Shown here in pieces: positions 1 to 13,212 of a DNA stretch of 64,000 bases. The stretch lies in the NCBI RefSeq assembly GCF_001447785.1, contig NW_015165238.1, positions 1,567,129 through 1,631,128 on the forward strand. Reading direction: 5' to 3'. The stretch comes from Gekko japonicus (taxonomy: Eukaryota). The translations under genes were made by a program, and so were the position numbers. Every line of letters begins with the position of its first letter. The stretch's first letter is position 1. Under the pieces are notes generated by a model. The model ran no database searches, was not told the DNA's origin, and saw nothing but the letters and a program-made list of their open reading frames with translations.

Positions 1-1981
1 CTAGGTCCGTAGCCCGGCTGGAGGTCGCGTCATCGGCATGGACGTTGAAATCACCCATGACTACCAGTCTAGGGTGCTCCAACGCCCAGCCTGATACGGC
101 CTCCAGCAGGGACGGCAGACTACTGGCCGGNNNNNNNNNNNNNNNNNNNNNNNNNNNNNNNNNNNNNNNNNNNNNNNNNNNNNNNNNNNNNNNNNNNNNN
201 NNNNNNNNNNNNNNNNNNNNNNNNNNNNNNNNNNNNNNNNNNNNNNNNNNNNNNNNNNNNNNNNNNNNNNNNNNNNNNNNNNNNNNNNNNNNNNNNNNNN
301 NNNNNNNAACCCAGGTGGGGCAAGCTGGGAGAGAGCCACAGTCTCCCCATCCTGCACCCAGGTCTCGGTCATGCATGCCAGGTCAGCCCATTGTTCCAGC
401 ACGAAGTCCCTAAGGACCGTGGTTTTGTTANNNNNNNNNNNNNNNNNNNNNNNNNNNNNNNNNNNNNNNNNNNNNNNNNNNNNNNNNNNNNNNNNNNNNN
501 NNNNNNNNNNNNNNNNNNNNNNNNNNNNNNNNNNNNNNNNNNNNNNNNNNNNNNNACCGAGCCCTTTTGTTTCTCAGTGGCCTTCCCTTACTATACTGCC
601 TGGGCCCACCGCTATACTTTCCTCTCCCCACGAGCACCGGAATGTTTTGGCCAGGCATTGCCATCTCAGCAGGTCTCCGCAGGAGCTTCAGACCACTGAT
701 AATTAGCAGGTGCCAAGCCTCACAAAGGCAGGACACAACTTAATATTACTGATGCTAATTTAACTAACTCTTACTCTGCTATAAACTACATAACAACAAC
801 TACACAACAACAACTCCTGGTCAACCTAGCCATTCACTAGAGTTCCCACACCCACCCCAGCAAATAAAATCCTCCTACAAGCTCCCTTACAATCCTAATA
901 CACAGTATTTAGCAGACAAAAATCCTCAAACTAACTCCCTAGCATCAGCAGTTACTCCAGTTCAATGAGAGGTCGCAAAGTCCTGATGTCCTTCCTGGTA
1001 GCGCCACTAAGGGCACTACCCTCTCCCCACGTTCTCCAGCTGCAGTCTCTATTCCAGGCTCTGTTCCACAGCACTGATCTTCCCAGTACAACAACAACAC
1101 AACTGCCTACGTGGAGGGGAAAGCAGCCACCAATCTTAGTTCTAAATCTAGCAGCCTTCCCTGCAGTGGCTACTAGGGCCAAGCTTTCAGTCACTCCAGC
1201 TGCCAAATCCACTCCACAGTTCATTACTTCCCGGCTGCCGACTCCAGCTCCAACAGTAAACTCCGCTCCACAGTTCGTTGTTTCCCACCTAGCCAGCTGA
1301 TTCATGCAGCTCCGGAGCAGCGTCCAAATCCTGTCGGTGGGTGCTAATCTCTTCAGCCGGCTCCGTTTCACAGCCCACACTCGAGCCTGCAATCGTTTCT
1401 GATCCTTGATGTTCCTAAGGTTCCTGAAGTCCAAGGTCTGCCCTCCTCCGTCAGTTCCAATGTGCCATCGGCTCTGGTCCCGCCAGCAGTCCGCTTTTTC
1501 TCTCCCGCTGCTCGGCTGATTGGGGGGACTCCTAGGGGAGGAAAAACCCTTCTCAGTCTCACCCACCGTCGTCCGCAGAGCCCCCAGGGCCGCTGCTACT
1601 GCCGCCACCGCACTCTGTAATGTTTCTCGGGGGCCATTGTGAAATAGCCTCCACGCCGCCCGCTTCCGGGCAGACCAGCCGGCAGCTGTTCCCCCTGCGC
1701 CGGCAGGTACTTCACCACAGTCCGGGGCTGCAAGTAGCAGGAGTCTCGGTGGGTAGGCCAGACGGTTTGTTCTCCTCCGGTCTGAGTTGTAGCTATGGGG
1801 ACAGTTCAGTGGAGGACGCCTAAGCGCCCCAGCTTTAATCTTTAAGTCCAGTTGGTGCCGTTGATGCATTATAGCGAGGCTGGGGGTCCGTTTCTTTGCG
1901 TTCAAACTCTTTCTTTCCCTCAGAGAACAGGAGGGTGGGCACAACCCTCCTTTCTCGCCGCCATCTTTCATGCGTCCATCA
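1..1981 (-). mobile_element. 5' portion of an L2/CR1-group LINE (5'UTR, ORF1-like region, start of ORF2 endonuclease), running off the left edge
   Basis: Minus strand gives AP-endonuclease motifs NKTTVLRDFVLEQWADLACMTETW (around 360-430) and VMGDFNVH (around 40-62). ORF2 N-terminus reads IPVLVGRGKY. A long upstream ORF lies at 952-2001, and the 5' end is CpG-rich with a YY1-type AAGATGGCGGC at 1957-1967. The right flank (about 1983-2100) is the 3' half of a SINE. Confidence 0.85.
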
Positions 1982-2139
1982 ACCTTAGGCCAACCATACA
2001 CACACTGAGCCTAACCTACTTCACAGGGCTTTTGGAGAACAAGAGAATGATGTCAGCCAGTTTGGATTCCCATTGGAGAAAAAGGTGGGGTACAAATGAC
2101 AACAAAAATTACCTATTGGGAATAAGAAGGACAAAGATT

Positions 2140-3250
2140 GGGTATCTCTGCATCTCTTCCAAAACCATGAGGGCTTTCTCCCAAAGTACAAACCACAGAC
2201 ACATGGCTCAGTTGCAGCAAACTTGTTTCACAAACCTTAGACATGATTCTACCTTGTGTTGCAATCCCAAGCACAGGAAAGAACCACCATGCCCATCAAT
2301 TAAAGGAAGCTCGCCTCCATATTGATGACAACATTAAACACACCATAGGTGCCATAGCACCTCTGAAATTCTTTACTGTATATATTATCAAAACTATCTA
2401 TAAGCAACGAGCACCAAAGTTTTTGTTTGTTTTAAAGTAAGGGCAAGAAACAGCTCTGTACAAGAAACTCTTCACAGAGGTTCTCAATCACTGTTACCAC
2501 TGCAGTAGGCAAAGCAGGAGGCCTGACTCCTTGTCTCAGGGTGAGCAGAGTCCAAAACTGCCCTTTTCATTACTTAATGATAGCGATAGAAGTTTCTGAA
2601 TGGGTGCTCTGCACAGGTTCAAAACCCCATCAGTATGATGGGCAGAGACCATGAAAAAGGTTTTCTAACGACTGTTATATGTCAAATAGAGCAGGACTTG
2701 TACATTGAAGCAGCACGGAAATCACTATGGGATGACATCTGATGGCTGACAGAGTCTGCCTTTTAACCTCCAGGCAATCAGATGGAATGGCTGGCGTTGA
2801 AGACTGTCCTGGTGAAATACTCTATGTGTGTGTCACATCTGCTCAGAGAGCCACTAGGTCAGCCAACCAAGAATGCCTTCACCATTTGTGGGCACCCGGG
2901 ATCATGTCTACTTTCTGAACAGATTAAAAACACTTGCACCTTTGCGCTCAATCAAGGAAGCCTCTGTATGGATCTTGGAATACCACTTAAATACTTCTGC
3001 ACTTAAGACCACCCAAGGCCAGGTGCAGTCTTGCCCATTAGGGAATCCGTCGGCTTTGTCCTTCAAAGAACTGATGCCCCTGAGAAGCTAGTTCTACCTT
3101 GTTAGGTATAGGTATAGGGTTCTACCATCTGACATTTTCCAGAACTCCACTTCTAGAAGAAATGTAGTGTGACTATGTCGAAGACCTGGAATGGCAAGAG
3201 CTGTGATCCCTAGAGCCTCTTGTGGGAGAATCAAACTATGCTGAGAGCAA
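2140..3250 (-). mobile_element. Decayed DIRS-type retrotransposon, 5' end and gag N-terminus
   Basis: Minus strand about 2150-2330 reads CHQYGGELPLIDGHGGSFLCLGLQHKVESCL...LWEKAL, matching the Cys/His N-terminus of vertebrate DIRS ORF1. Outer limits are approximate. Confidence 0.55.
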
Positions 3251-3699
3251 AAGGCACACTTGTTTAAGGTTCACCAATTAACATTTGCTCTCACCAATCA
3301 GGTAAAGTTGTAACTAATTAATCAACACAAATGATAAGGCTGCAATCCTATGTATATTTAACTGGGTACAGTGGAATTTAATTACAAGTAAAAGTGAATA
3401 GGATTGAATGGATTGGGGCTGCAACCCCAGTCAACACAGACTATCAGTTACCACCCAAAGCTTACATTCACAACAAGGCAAGTCAATCATCCTACCAAGT
3501 AGTGAAGTCTTTTTAAACCAATTATTTGTGCGTGATCAAACATGTGGAAAAGAAGTATGGTAAAATTGATAAGGCACTGCAGGAGATAAGCTTACCAAGC
3601 AATTTAAGTTACTGCTTGGTAAATGGACACCTGCATTCTCCCAAAGTCAGCCACAAATCATCCCTGTTTTGCAGAAGATTACCCCACAGTCCAATAAAC

Positions 3700-4740
3700 A
3701 TTTCACTGCCTCAGTTTCCTAGTATGGATGGGAGCCATCTACTTTTCTACCCTGGAGTGTGATCTCCAACTTTAGTCTCCAGGATTGGCTGATGCATCTC
3801 TCTGGGTCCCTTTGGCAGCTATCTTTTTCTCAACCTCTAGTCCAAGTATGTTCACTGTTTGCTACATCCTGGTAAAGTGGTTCTTCTGGATCCTCATTCA
3901 GTTGTATCCTACAGTGCAATCTTCAGTTCCAGCTTGGGACTTCTGGCTTATCCTGATGCAACTTATAGGCAAGCCTTTTGAACCCACAGTTATGTGTGAG
4001 CCAGACTTCTTTCCTGGACAACAGTTTTATTAGTGGTGATCTGTTCTGCAAGATGGGTATTTTGAGTTCTGTACTCTGCTCTGATCCCCCATTCCTGTGA
4101 TTTCATAGGGAGAAGCCAGTCCTCAAGCCTGACCTCCTTTCTGTCTGAGGTGGTGTCAGGATTCTACCTGAACCAGGATCTGGGTATTTCAACCTTCTAC
4201 TCCTCACTGTCATTTGATTTTGATAGGTCTCTCCATTACTTAGATGTCAGAAGGGTCATCTCCTATGTGGGCTGCGCTAAGGAATTTTGCAAACACCTCC
4301 ACTCTTTGTGTCCTACTTTGGAGTTAAGGAGGGATAATGTGTTTCATCTCAGAGGCTTAGTGCCTGGATGTCCCACACCTTGCAACTCTGCTACAAACTG
4401 GCACACAAACCTCTTGCATATAGAATAAAAGCTCACTCAACCAGAGCAGTGTCAGTGCAGTTGGCCATCAGCAGAGGTGTACTGCCCCCAGAATTATCAT
4501 GCAGCTACCTGACAACTTCAGTGAAGCAGTACACCCTCAAAGCTTGAGCCAGAAATGAAGCATCATTTGGATGTGCTGTGCTTCACTCCCTTTTTGCTTC
4601 ATGCACCTGCACCAGGTAGCTTAGCTTGCTAGTCTGTATCCATCATGGAATGCACAGAGACCACGGAGATGTAAAAACAGATTTCTTACTTGTAACTGCC
4701 ATTTGAGTGGTCATCAGTGCATTCCTACATCCTGCCCATT
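3700..4740 (+). mobile_element. Decayed DIRS retrotransposon, tyrosine recombinase and 3' terminal region
   Basis: ORF 4150-4428 reads VVSGFYLNQD...RSLHYLDVRRVI, followed by AHSTRA (about 4431-4448) and a degenerate AATW/AVL tail, all typical of DIRS recombinases. Confidence 0.8.
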
Positions 4741-7700
4741 TGTCCTACAACAGGTATCATTAACTCACAGTGGCATACTTATACATTTTTGGAAGAGACT
4801 AATTGGGACTGGTTTGGCAAGTCTAATCTAACTACATTTATTTTTTACCTACAAACTATGGTCTAAACTAGGGTTAAAACCTGTTGATTAGCTCACTTAA
4901 ACGACTGTTATTAACAGGACTGGGGCCATTAGTATTAGGACTAATGTCTGTTATAAAAAGTTATGAGATCCTGGGAAAATGAGAACGGAAATAAACAGTG
5001 TGGCTTTTGTGGTCTAAAGTGAACTTTAGCCTTAAAACTTCCATTTTACACAAAACAGGAGTGTAGATCAGTATTTGCTACCTTCTGGTTGTCTGATTAA
5101 TCTGGTTGTTGTAGGTGTTAGGCCGCTCTGTTTGCAAACTTGATTTGAATTCCCTATAATTTCTTGGGCTGTTAAAAATAAAGTACAAACAGAAAGAGGT
5201 GAGAGGAATCATTAAGTTCTATTGAAAGACCATTCTGACTATAATGTATACCACTTGGGCTGAGGAAAAACAGTTGCATGTTCCAGTTGTATCTGGAGGC
5301 AGGGTAGATTGAGTTAAATCGTGATTAAATTAAAAATCAAAACCACTGATTAAATGAAAAGTCTTCTGTTTGTTATTCAGATACTTCTTAAATAAAGCTG
5401 TATTGTACTACTGTACTGTTGCCATAAAGTTTAGAGCCTTTATACAGATGGTGCATTATACATTTCTTAAATGTTTAATGTTTTTACTATTTTAGAAAGC
5501 AATATCTGATGCATTGGTTATTTTTGATAGCATTGCTCATGATGCCAGATAGGATCTCTCACTACCTGCAACCATGACAGATTTGATAGATAGATGCTGG
5601 CTAGAATTAAACTGCCGTCTCTTTTTTCCACTGTTCATTTTTGCTGTAATATTTCTCCCCTTTCCATTCTCCTTTTCATGACAGATTTGATAGATAGATG
5701 CTGGCTAGAATTAAACTGCCGTCTCTTTTTTCCACTGTTCATTTTTGCTGTAATATTTCTCCCCTTTCCATTCTCCTTTGTCACTATTTTATAACTTTCC
5801 CATCTCATCCCCCCAATATTTGAAGCAAAAAAATGGACTGGTGGTTGGTGTTGGGCGAATTATTGTATTCTGTTAAGATGGAAGTTAAAATGTCCATGCT
5901 GTTTGATTGGTAGGTAGAATCATGGATACTTATAATTGGGATACTGAGTCACTTATAGAAGCCTATGAACAGCTGTTATAATGGATATTTTTCTTTTCGT
6001 CTACTAGCCGTTTAACACTATCTCCATATACTTTGGCATTTTAATCATAGTTTTAAAGATTTTTTTAGTCTGTTGGTACTGCCAACATGCCACATGATGG
6101 AGTGTGCTCCCATCTCTAGTTCCAGCTCCTGCCAACCTAGCAGTTCGAAAGCAAGAAATTGCAAGTAGATAAATAGGTACCACTTCGGTGGGAAGGTAAC
6201 AACGTTCCGTGCGCCTTGGTGTTTAGTCATGCCGGCCACATGACCACGGAAACGTCTTCGGACAGCATTGGCTCTTATTTCTTACTTGTAACTGCCATTT
6301 GAGTGGTCATCAGTGCATTCCTACATCCTGCCCATTTGTCCTACAACAGGTATCATTAACTCACAGTGGCATACTTATACATTTTTGGAAGAGACTAATT
6401 GGGACTGGTTTGGCAAGTCTAATCTAACTACATTTATTTTTTACCTACAAACTATGGTCTAAACTAGGGTTAAAACCTGTTGATTAGCTCACTTAAACGA
6501 CTGTTATTAACAGGACTGGGGCCATTAGTATTAGGACTAATGTCTGTTATAAAAAGTTATGAGATCCTGGGAAAATGAGAACGGAAATAAACAGTGTGGC
6601 TTTTGTGGTCTAAAGTGAACTTTAGCCTTAAAACTTCCATTTTACACAAAACAGGAGTGTAGATCAGTATTTGCTACCTTCTGGTTGTCTGATTAATCTG
6701 GTTGTTGTAGGTGTTAGGCCGCTCTGTTTGCAAACTTGATTTGAATTCCCTATAATTTCTTGGGCTGTTAAAAATAAAGTACAAACAGAAAGAGGTGAGA
6801 GGAATCATTAAGTTCTATTGAAAGACCATTCTGACTTTAATGTATACCACTTGGGCTGAGGAAAAACAGTTGCATGTTCCAGTTGTATCTGGAGGCAGGG
6901 TAGATTGAGTTAAATCGTGATTAAATTAAAAATCAAAACCACTGATTAAATGAAAAGTCTTCTGTTTGTTATTCAGATACTTCTTAAATAAAGCTGTATT
7001 GTACTACTGTACTGTTGCCATAAAGTTTAGAGCCTTTATACAGATGGTGCATTATACATTTCTTAAATGTTTAATGTTTTTACTATTTTAGAAAGCAATA
7101 TCTGATGCATTGGTTATTTTTGATAGCATTGCTCATGATGCCAGATAGGATCTCTCACTACCTGCAACCATGACAGATTTGATAGATAGATGCTGGCTAG
7201 AATTAAACTGCCGTCTCTTTTTTCCACTGTTCATTTTTGCTGTAATATTTCTCCCCTTTCCATTCTCCTTTGTCACTATTTTATAACTTTCCCATCTCAT
7301 CCCCCCAATATTTGAAGCAAAAAAATGGACTGGTGGTTGGTGTTGGGCGAATTATTGTATTCTGTTAAGATGGAAGTTAAAATGTCCATGCTGTTTGATT
7401 GGTAGGTAGAATCATGGATACTTATAATTGGGATACTGAGTCACTTATAGAAGCCTATGAACAGCTGTTATAATGGATATTTTTCTTTTCGTCTACTAGC
7501 CGTTTAACACTATCTCCATATACTTTGGCATTTTAATCATAGTTTTAAAGATTTTTTTAGTCTGTTGGTACTGCCAACATGCCACATGATGGAGTGTGCT
7601 CCCATCTCTAGTTCCAGCTCCTGCCAACCTAGCAGTTCGAAAGCAAGAAATTGCAAGTAGATAAATAGGTACCACTTCGGTGGGAAGGTAACAACGTTCC

Positions 7701-7768
7701 GTGCGCCTTGGTGTTTAGTCATGCCGGCCACATGACCACGGAAACGTCTTCGGACAGCATTGGCTCTT
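4681..7768. repeat. Near-identical tandem duplication (4681-6276 and 6277-7768)
   Basis: Direct comparison. The copies differ by a 104-bp internal tandem repeat (5573-5676/5677-5780) found only in copy 1, plus at least one SNP. Copy 1 stops inside a Sauria SINE. Confidence 0.95.
6090..6276 (-). mobile_element. Sauria SINE, truncated by the duplication junction
   Basis: Identical to part of the SINE at 7582-7848 but lacks its 5' end. Confidence 0.85.
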
Positions 7769-7848
7769 CGGCTTTGAAACGGATATGAGCCCTGCAACCC
7801 TAGAGTCGGATTCGACTGGCTTTCGAGCAAGGGAACCTTTACCTTTAC
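7582..7848 (-). mobile_element. Sauria SINE
   Basis: Reverse complement begins AAGGTAAAGGTTCCC...TCCGACTCTAGGG...GTGGTCATGTGGCCGGCATGACTAAAC...GGTACCTATTTATCTAC, the Sauria SINE consensus pattern. Confidence 0.9.
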
Positions 7849-9540
7849 AGCTTCTGTAGGGGGTTAGATCGAAACTAAATTCTTGTTCATTTTGTAGTTG
7901 CTTTTTGTCACTGTCACATTGTTTTTATGCTATTTTAATTCCAGCTTTCATTTCCATAACTGAATATTTATTGTTACTGCTGTGGATTTTAAATTGTTTT
8001 GATGGTATTTTTAGTTTTCATATCATGTACTGCAAGCTCCCTTGGGTACCTATTTGGCTGAGAGTTATAGGTCAAAGTTAATTTAAATAAATAACAACAG
8101 CAAGGCTAGGAGTCCTGACTGTGCACAGTCTTTTTGCCTTTATAGTATAATATTGCTTTTATGTAGTTTTGTGTGTGTGCAGTAAGAATTTGCACATGTT
8201 GGAGGAGGCCAGTTCAGACTTCCTACCAGTAGGGTGTTTGCATATAGAATGGGAGTCTGAAGTGCAAAATACCGTAAAGTATAAAATTGAAATGTGTTTG
8301 AAAATAATATTAGAAACACTGCCTGCAGATCTCTGCCACTGCAAGGCTACATGGCATGTTTCCGTTTAAAGATATTAGTGGTAGTAATTCTACCAACTTT
8401 ATTGTAGCTACAGCTATAATGTTATTGGTATAGACATGCTTCCAAGAAAAAAATTAACTGGGTTATGCTTAGATTAACTCATATTGTTGAGCTCCAGAAC
8501 ATTATTCTGTTTAGAACTATATTCGGTAATATCACATATTGGGTTCTGTAGAGGATGGCAAGGGAGGGGGGGCAACGAGTGGCAGAAGATCATTTCAGAT
8601 ACAGAAGGCAGAAAGGTATGAAAACATTATACTTGCCATTGAAGAAATTCTAGGAGTATCAAGGGTGGACAGGATGAGGTCCTAATTTCCAGTAGAAAGC
8701 TGTAATTCTCCTTTGAACATTCCTGCTATTCTGCTGCTTTTCATATTGGGAAATTGGTGTATCAAACTGCCTGGGAATTCTCTGTATAAAGCAATCCAGA
8801 ACACAATATGGCCAGCACTTGAATAGCAAAGAAATTTTCAAGCTGAGCTATTTATGCAATGAAACAGTAGCAGACATGGTTAAATTGTTTCCTTCAGCAA
8901 ACACAAATTGGTGGCTCCCTTGGGAACCACAGAGAACCTGAAATTAGGCAGTCTCTTTTCTGGGTCAAGAATCCCTGGAAATTGAAAGGAAAAAACAGAC
9001 AAAGTATATCATACCTTTCTGTGAAATAATGTCAAAAGCTACTTTTAAGAGGTGAGGGGAAAAACCAACTGTTTCATGATCTGAAATACTATGCTGGGGT
9101 ATTACATAGGAAGATACAAGTTGTAGTATTGGATCTAAACAACACAGAAGAAGCAAAAATTTCCTATAGGGAGACTTATAAGAAGAAAGCTGTATATGTT
9201 TCATTCTGCTCAAATTCTGCTCTCGGTTATACATCTATAAGCATATTGATTTCAGTGGGAAAGATCTGATTAAAGGTTTCAATTTAAAAAAATAACATTA
9301 TTAATTTGTATCAGTTCTCTATAGATTTGTATTGTAGCTCTTTGAAAATGCTTTGTCACCTTATCCTGTTGTTGCATGCGATCATATGGTAAGGAATGTA
9401 TGAAGGTTACTTACCTATGTTGTATTGAATAATTTAAAATACATGCAAGTCACAAGGAAGGTTCTCTTTGTTATAGCTGAAATTATTCTGTTTGCATTTT
9501 CAAAGAACATTACAAATAAAATTTAATTAACTTTTTATAG

Positions 9541-9650
9541 GTTGGGCTCATGTGGTTTGTGCTCTGTACATTCCCGAGGTGCAGTTTGCTAATGTTTCTA
9601 CAATGGAACCTATCGTGTTGCAGTCTGTCCCTCATGATCGTTATAATAAG
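9541..9650 (+). CDS. MLLT10: MLLT10/AF10 coding exon (PZP Zn-knuckle region; about human exon 5)
   Basis: 110 bp, ttttatag|...|gtataa. Translates (G)WAHVVCALYIPEVQFANVSTMEPIVLQSVPHDRYNK. Confidence 0.96.
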
Positions 9651-12249
9651 GTATAATTATGTATTATGACTTGTTTTCTTGATATAATTTTATTGTTTGT
9701 TAAATGATTTTAGATATTTCAGACCTTTTTAAAAACTGACCATAGTTTACTTTGTGAATTTCTAGCACTGTTTCTTAAAACATTCTATGTGAAAGTAAAG
9801 TTGTAATATTTTCTTTTAATAATGTCTTAAATTGATAATATGAACTAACTTTTTTCAGCATTGGTTTAAATAATGTTAAGATCATCAAATAAGTTTCCAA
9901 GGTACATACGGTATTTATAACAGTTATCTCAACTGCTCAACACAATAATTATTGAAAAGTTTCTTAGTGACTACTGATTGAGAATAGCTTTGGATCTTTC
10001 AATTTATTTTTTTGAGTCTTCAGTTTTTTGTTTCTTGTAATATGCTAGTATTCTTAGGCTTTGTACCTAGTTCGTTAGGCAAAATTTTCTGTGGTTGAGA
10101 CAGTCAATGTAATAACAGAAACAATCTGTCTAATTCTTCTGCACCCCCACAGGCATATAATAGTCCTATATAGATATTCCATTTTGCTTGTGTTGGGTGA
10201 CTGAGATCACATTTCCCTGGGACCCTACAAAGTTTGCATGTTGGACATCATATTGTACATGTGCTATTGCATGTAGAATATTTAATCAAGATAAAAGTAA
10301 CTTTTAAAAGTTTCACTGATGTGATTTGTGCTCAGTATATCCCCCATGTTGCAGTTTGTAAAAGTTTCTGGAGTGGTAGGGGCAGAGGCAGAAAATTCCA
10401 GCACTATCTCAATTCCCTGCCTTGTATTTAACTGAATGTCTGAGTCAAGCTAAAGTAACATTCATTCAGAGCTATACTGTGTTTATATGTGTGATCTACT
10501 ATTCATTTTAATTTGGGGACCAGTTTAAGGGATTAGAGATCAAGCAGACAGATACATTCGTCAGCCCTGATAAAATATTGTTAGACACGTATTGTAGGAA
10601 GCACAAATGTGAGATTCATTCCCTCTATTATTACATTATCACTGGCAAAGTAACATCTGACAAGGCCTTCTGTTTATCTTACTTCTGTTTTTAATTTCTC
10701 TTACAGGTATATTTAACTTTGTCAAATGCCAGGTGTATTGATGAATGTTAATATTAAGGCCATAAAAACGACCTCTTCCATAGGGTCAGGATTAAAAGAG
10801 CCATGAAACGAGTTCTGTGAATGTAAGAGGACATTAGAAGTGATTTTTTTTCAAACAGCAGCTCCCTACATTACATGGCAAACTGTATGTCACCTGACAA
10901 ACTGCTTTTGAAACTGAGCAGAGCTTCAAAAGCAGTTATGTGTAAAAAGGAAAAAACCAAAAACCATATGGCTGATGTAAGTCACTTGATTGAACCTGGG
11001 GAGCTGTTGCTATCCCTGCCATGGTTTCTTGTGGTTCCTCACAGATTCACTCACACTTGTTGTGTTTTAGCTGTTCTGTTATACACTTTTTTTTCTGGTG
11101 ACTTCCACTCCACATTATCTCACTGCCTTTTTAAAAAATTCATATTGTTTTTATTTTATACCACCCCTCTGCACACATCTTTTCCTGTATCCAAGTATAC
11201 TTTAAAAGATGTGTAAATTCACAAAAATCCATGCATTTAGCATTATCACTTTTTAACATATCCCAACATAAGTCTGCCTCTAAATTTACACAGTATTTTA
11301 ATTGACTACTTCTGTCAAATATTTGTGTGTGTGGAGAAAGAGAGAAGCTTCTTCTTTTCCTCTCAGATATCAGGGTCAGTTAAAGCATTCTTCATGGAGT
11401 GACTGAGGTGGGGGAGAAGGCATGTGAACAAGAGTGTTTTTGGTGTTTCAACATATAAAGGTTCAAGGGTGTGAGAGAAGAGTACACTGAAAAAGGTTGC
11501 TATCTTCAGGCAGTCTTGAAAATAGTTTCACTACCATCTGTTCCAAAATCTTTTATGTAGTTCTGGGAAAGATCAGAAAGAAATTTGATTTAGCTGGTAG
11601 TGTGACACTGTACTGTATGTTCAGAGCCTCTTACATGTTGCTTAGAAATTGTCTACTTTGACCTATATGTGGTAGGTGCACATTAATATAGGAAGCATAT
11701 TGTTACGTAGTGGTTCTCCTTTACATGTATTACATATATCCATGGTAATTATCATTAAGATGTCTTTGTTAACTGGCTTTGAAATAATATTAGCTGACAA
11801 TATTGATCTTCTGATTCAAAAGAAGGCCCAGTCCCTTGTGTATTCACTGTAGGCGTGGTCAGTTTACAAGCATCTGGATTAGGGCTGATGTGGATGAGCC
11901 AGAGACTCGAGTGTGTGGCATCCCTATGATTTTACAAAACTTGTTCGTAAATGGAAGCTGGAGTCTGAAGAAAATGTTTGTTACCTGCATGTGATTTCTC
12001 AAGAATATTTAAAACAAGCAGGAACCCAAAAGGACTTGGGGGGGGGATATCTCATTTTCCCCTAACTCCCTATTTCATCTGTTTCTTCCCTGAANNNNNN
12101 NNNNNNNNNNNNNNNNNNNNNNNNNNNNNNNNNNNNNNNNNNNNNNNNNNNNNNNNNNNNNNNNNNNNNNNNNNNNNNNNNNNNNNNNNNNNNNNNNNNN
12201 NNNNNNCACCATTTTCACTTTCACTATTTCTGGCAACTCCCAAATCCCC

Positions 12250-12389
12250 TGCTTCCTTCTTCCTTTCCATCCACCAACCCACAAACCTACCTTTTGTATG
12301 CAACTTTTTTCAGTGGCATTCATTGCTTCCTTCTTCCTTTCCATCCACCAACCTACCTTTTGTATGCAACTTTTTTCAGTGGCATTCAT
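12250..12389. repeat. Two tandem copies of an approximately 70-bp unit next to an N gap
   Basis: tgcttccttcttcctttccatccaccaacc...ttttcagtggcattcat repeated. Confidence 0.8.
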
Positions 12390-12592
12390 TTATTTAATTT
12401 ATACTTTTCTTCACAATGTGGACCCAGAGGTCCTTACATCATTCTCCTCTCCTCAATTTTATCCTCACAGCAATCCCCTAAAATAAATTAGTCTGAGAGT
12501 GTGTGACTGGCCCAAGGTCACTCAGTCATTTTCCAATGCAGAGTGGGATTCAAACCTGGGTCTGAAACTCTAACCACTACACCATACTGGCT
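12385..12592 (-). mobile_element. tRNA-derived SINE (Squam3-like)
   Basis: Reverse complement gccagtatggtgtagtggttagag...ggtttgaatccc carries A and B boxes, with an (AAAT)n-like tail. Confidence 0.75.
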
Positions 12593-13212
12593 TTTGTGGG
12601 ATGGCTCCTGGGTGAGTTTATATAGGTTGGGTAGTAGAAACTGGCCCAGTGATTGCTGTCAGGCCTGGCCCCAATGAGTCCTCCCTCAAAGGCCAAAACA
12701 ACCCTGGAAAGAGCTCTGTCCCCTCCCTTGCCTTTTATTGACAGAAACTAAGGCTGGAAGATCAGAAATATTGCTGTGGTTGCCAAGCAACAGCCACTAA
12801 GCATTCATTTCTTAAACTACCGGTGTTGCCTCTGTTATTTTGGTCGGGTTTTTTTTGTTAAGATTGCAGATTTTTCTGCAAACCTGGGGCATTTCTCATG
12901 TTTGTAGAAAGAGCTATGTGATCTGTTAATGGCTTCAGTTTCCAGATTTAAGTATCCACAGATTTGGCCATGTTCAGTATTAGATGTATTGATGATGGTA
13001 ATGGGAGAATTTTAAAAAAATTGCATATGGTATACTACCAGAAGTGCTGTTTCATATTTAGTGAAAGTTAGATGAAATACTTCTATATACCATATTTTCC
13101 GTATTGTGAGAAAAAAATTACTCGTCTTTTATCTCCATGGTACATATACGTCTTCATAGGTTAGATGTCTCATAGCATTGCAGTACAGTATATGTGTAGG
13201 TTTTGGTTGCTG

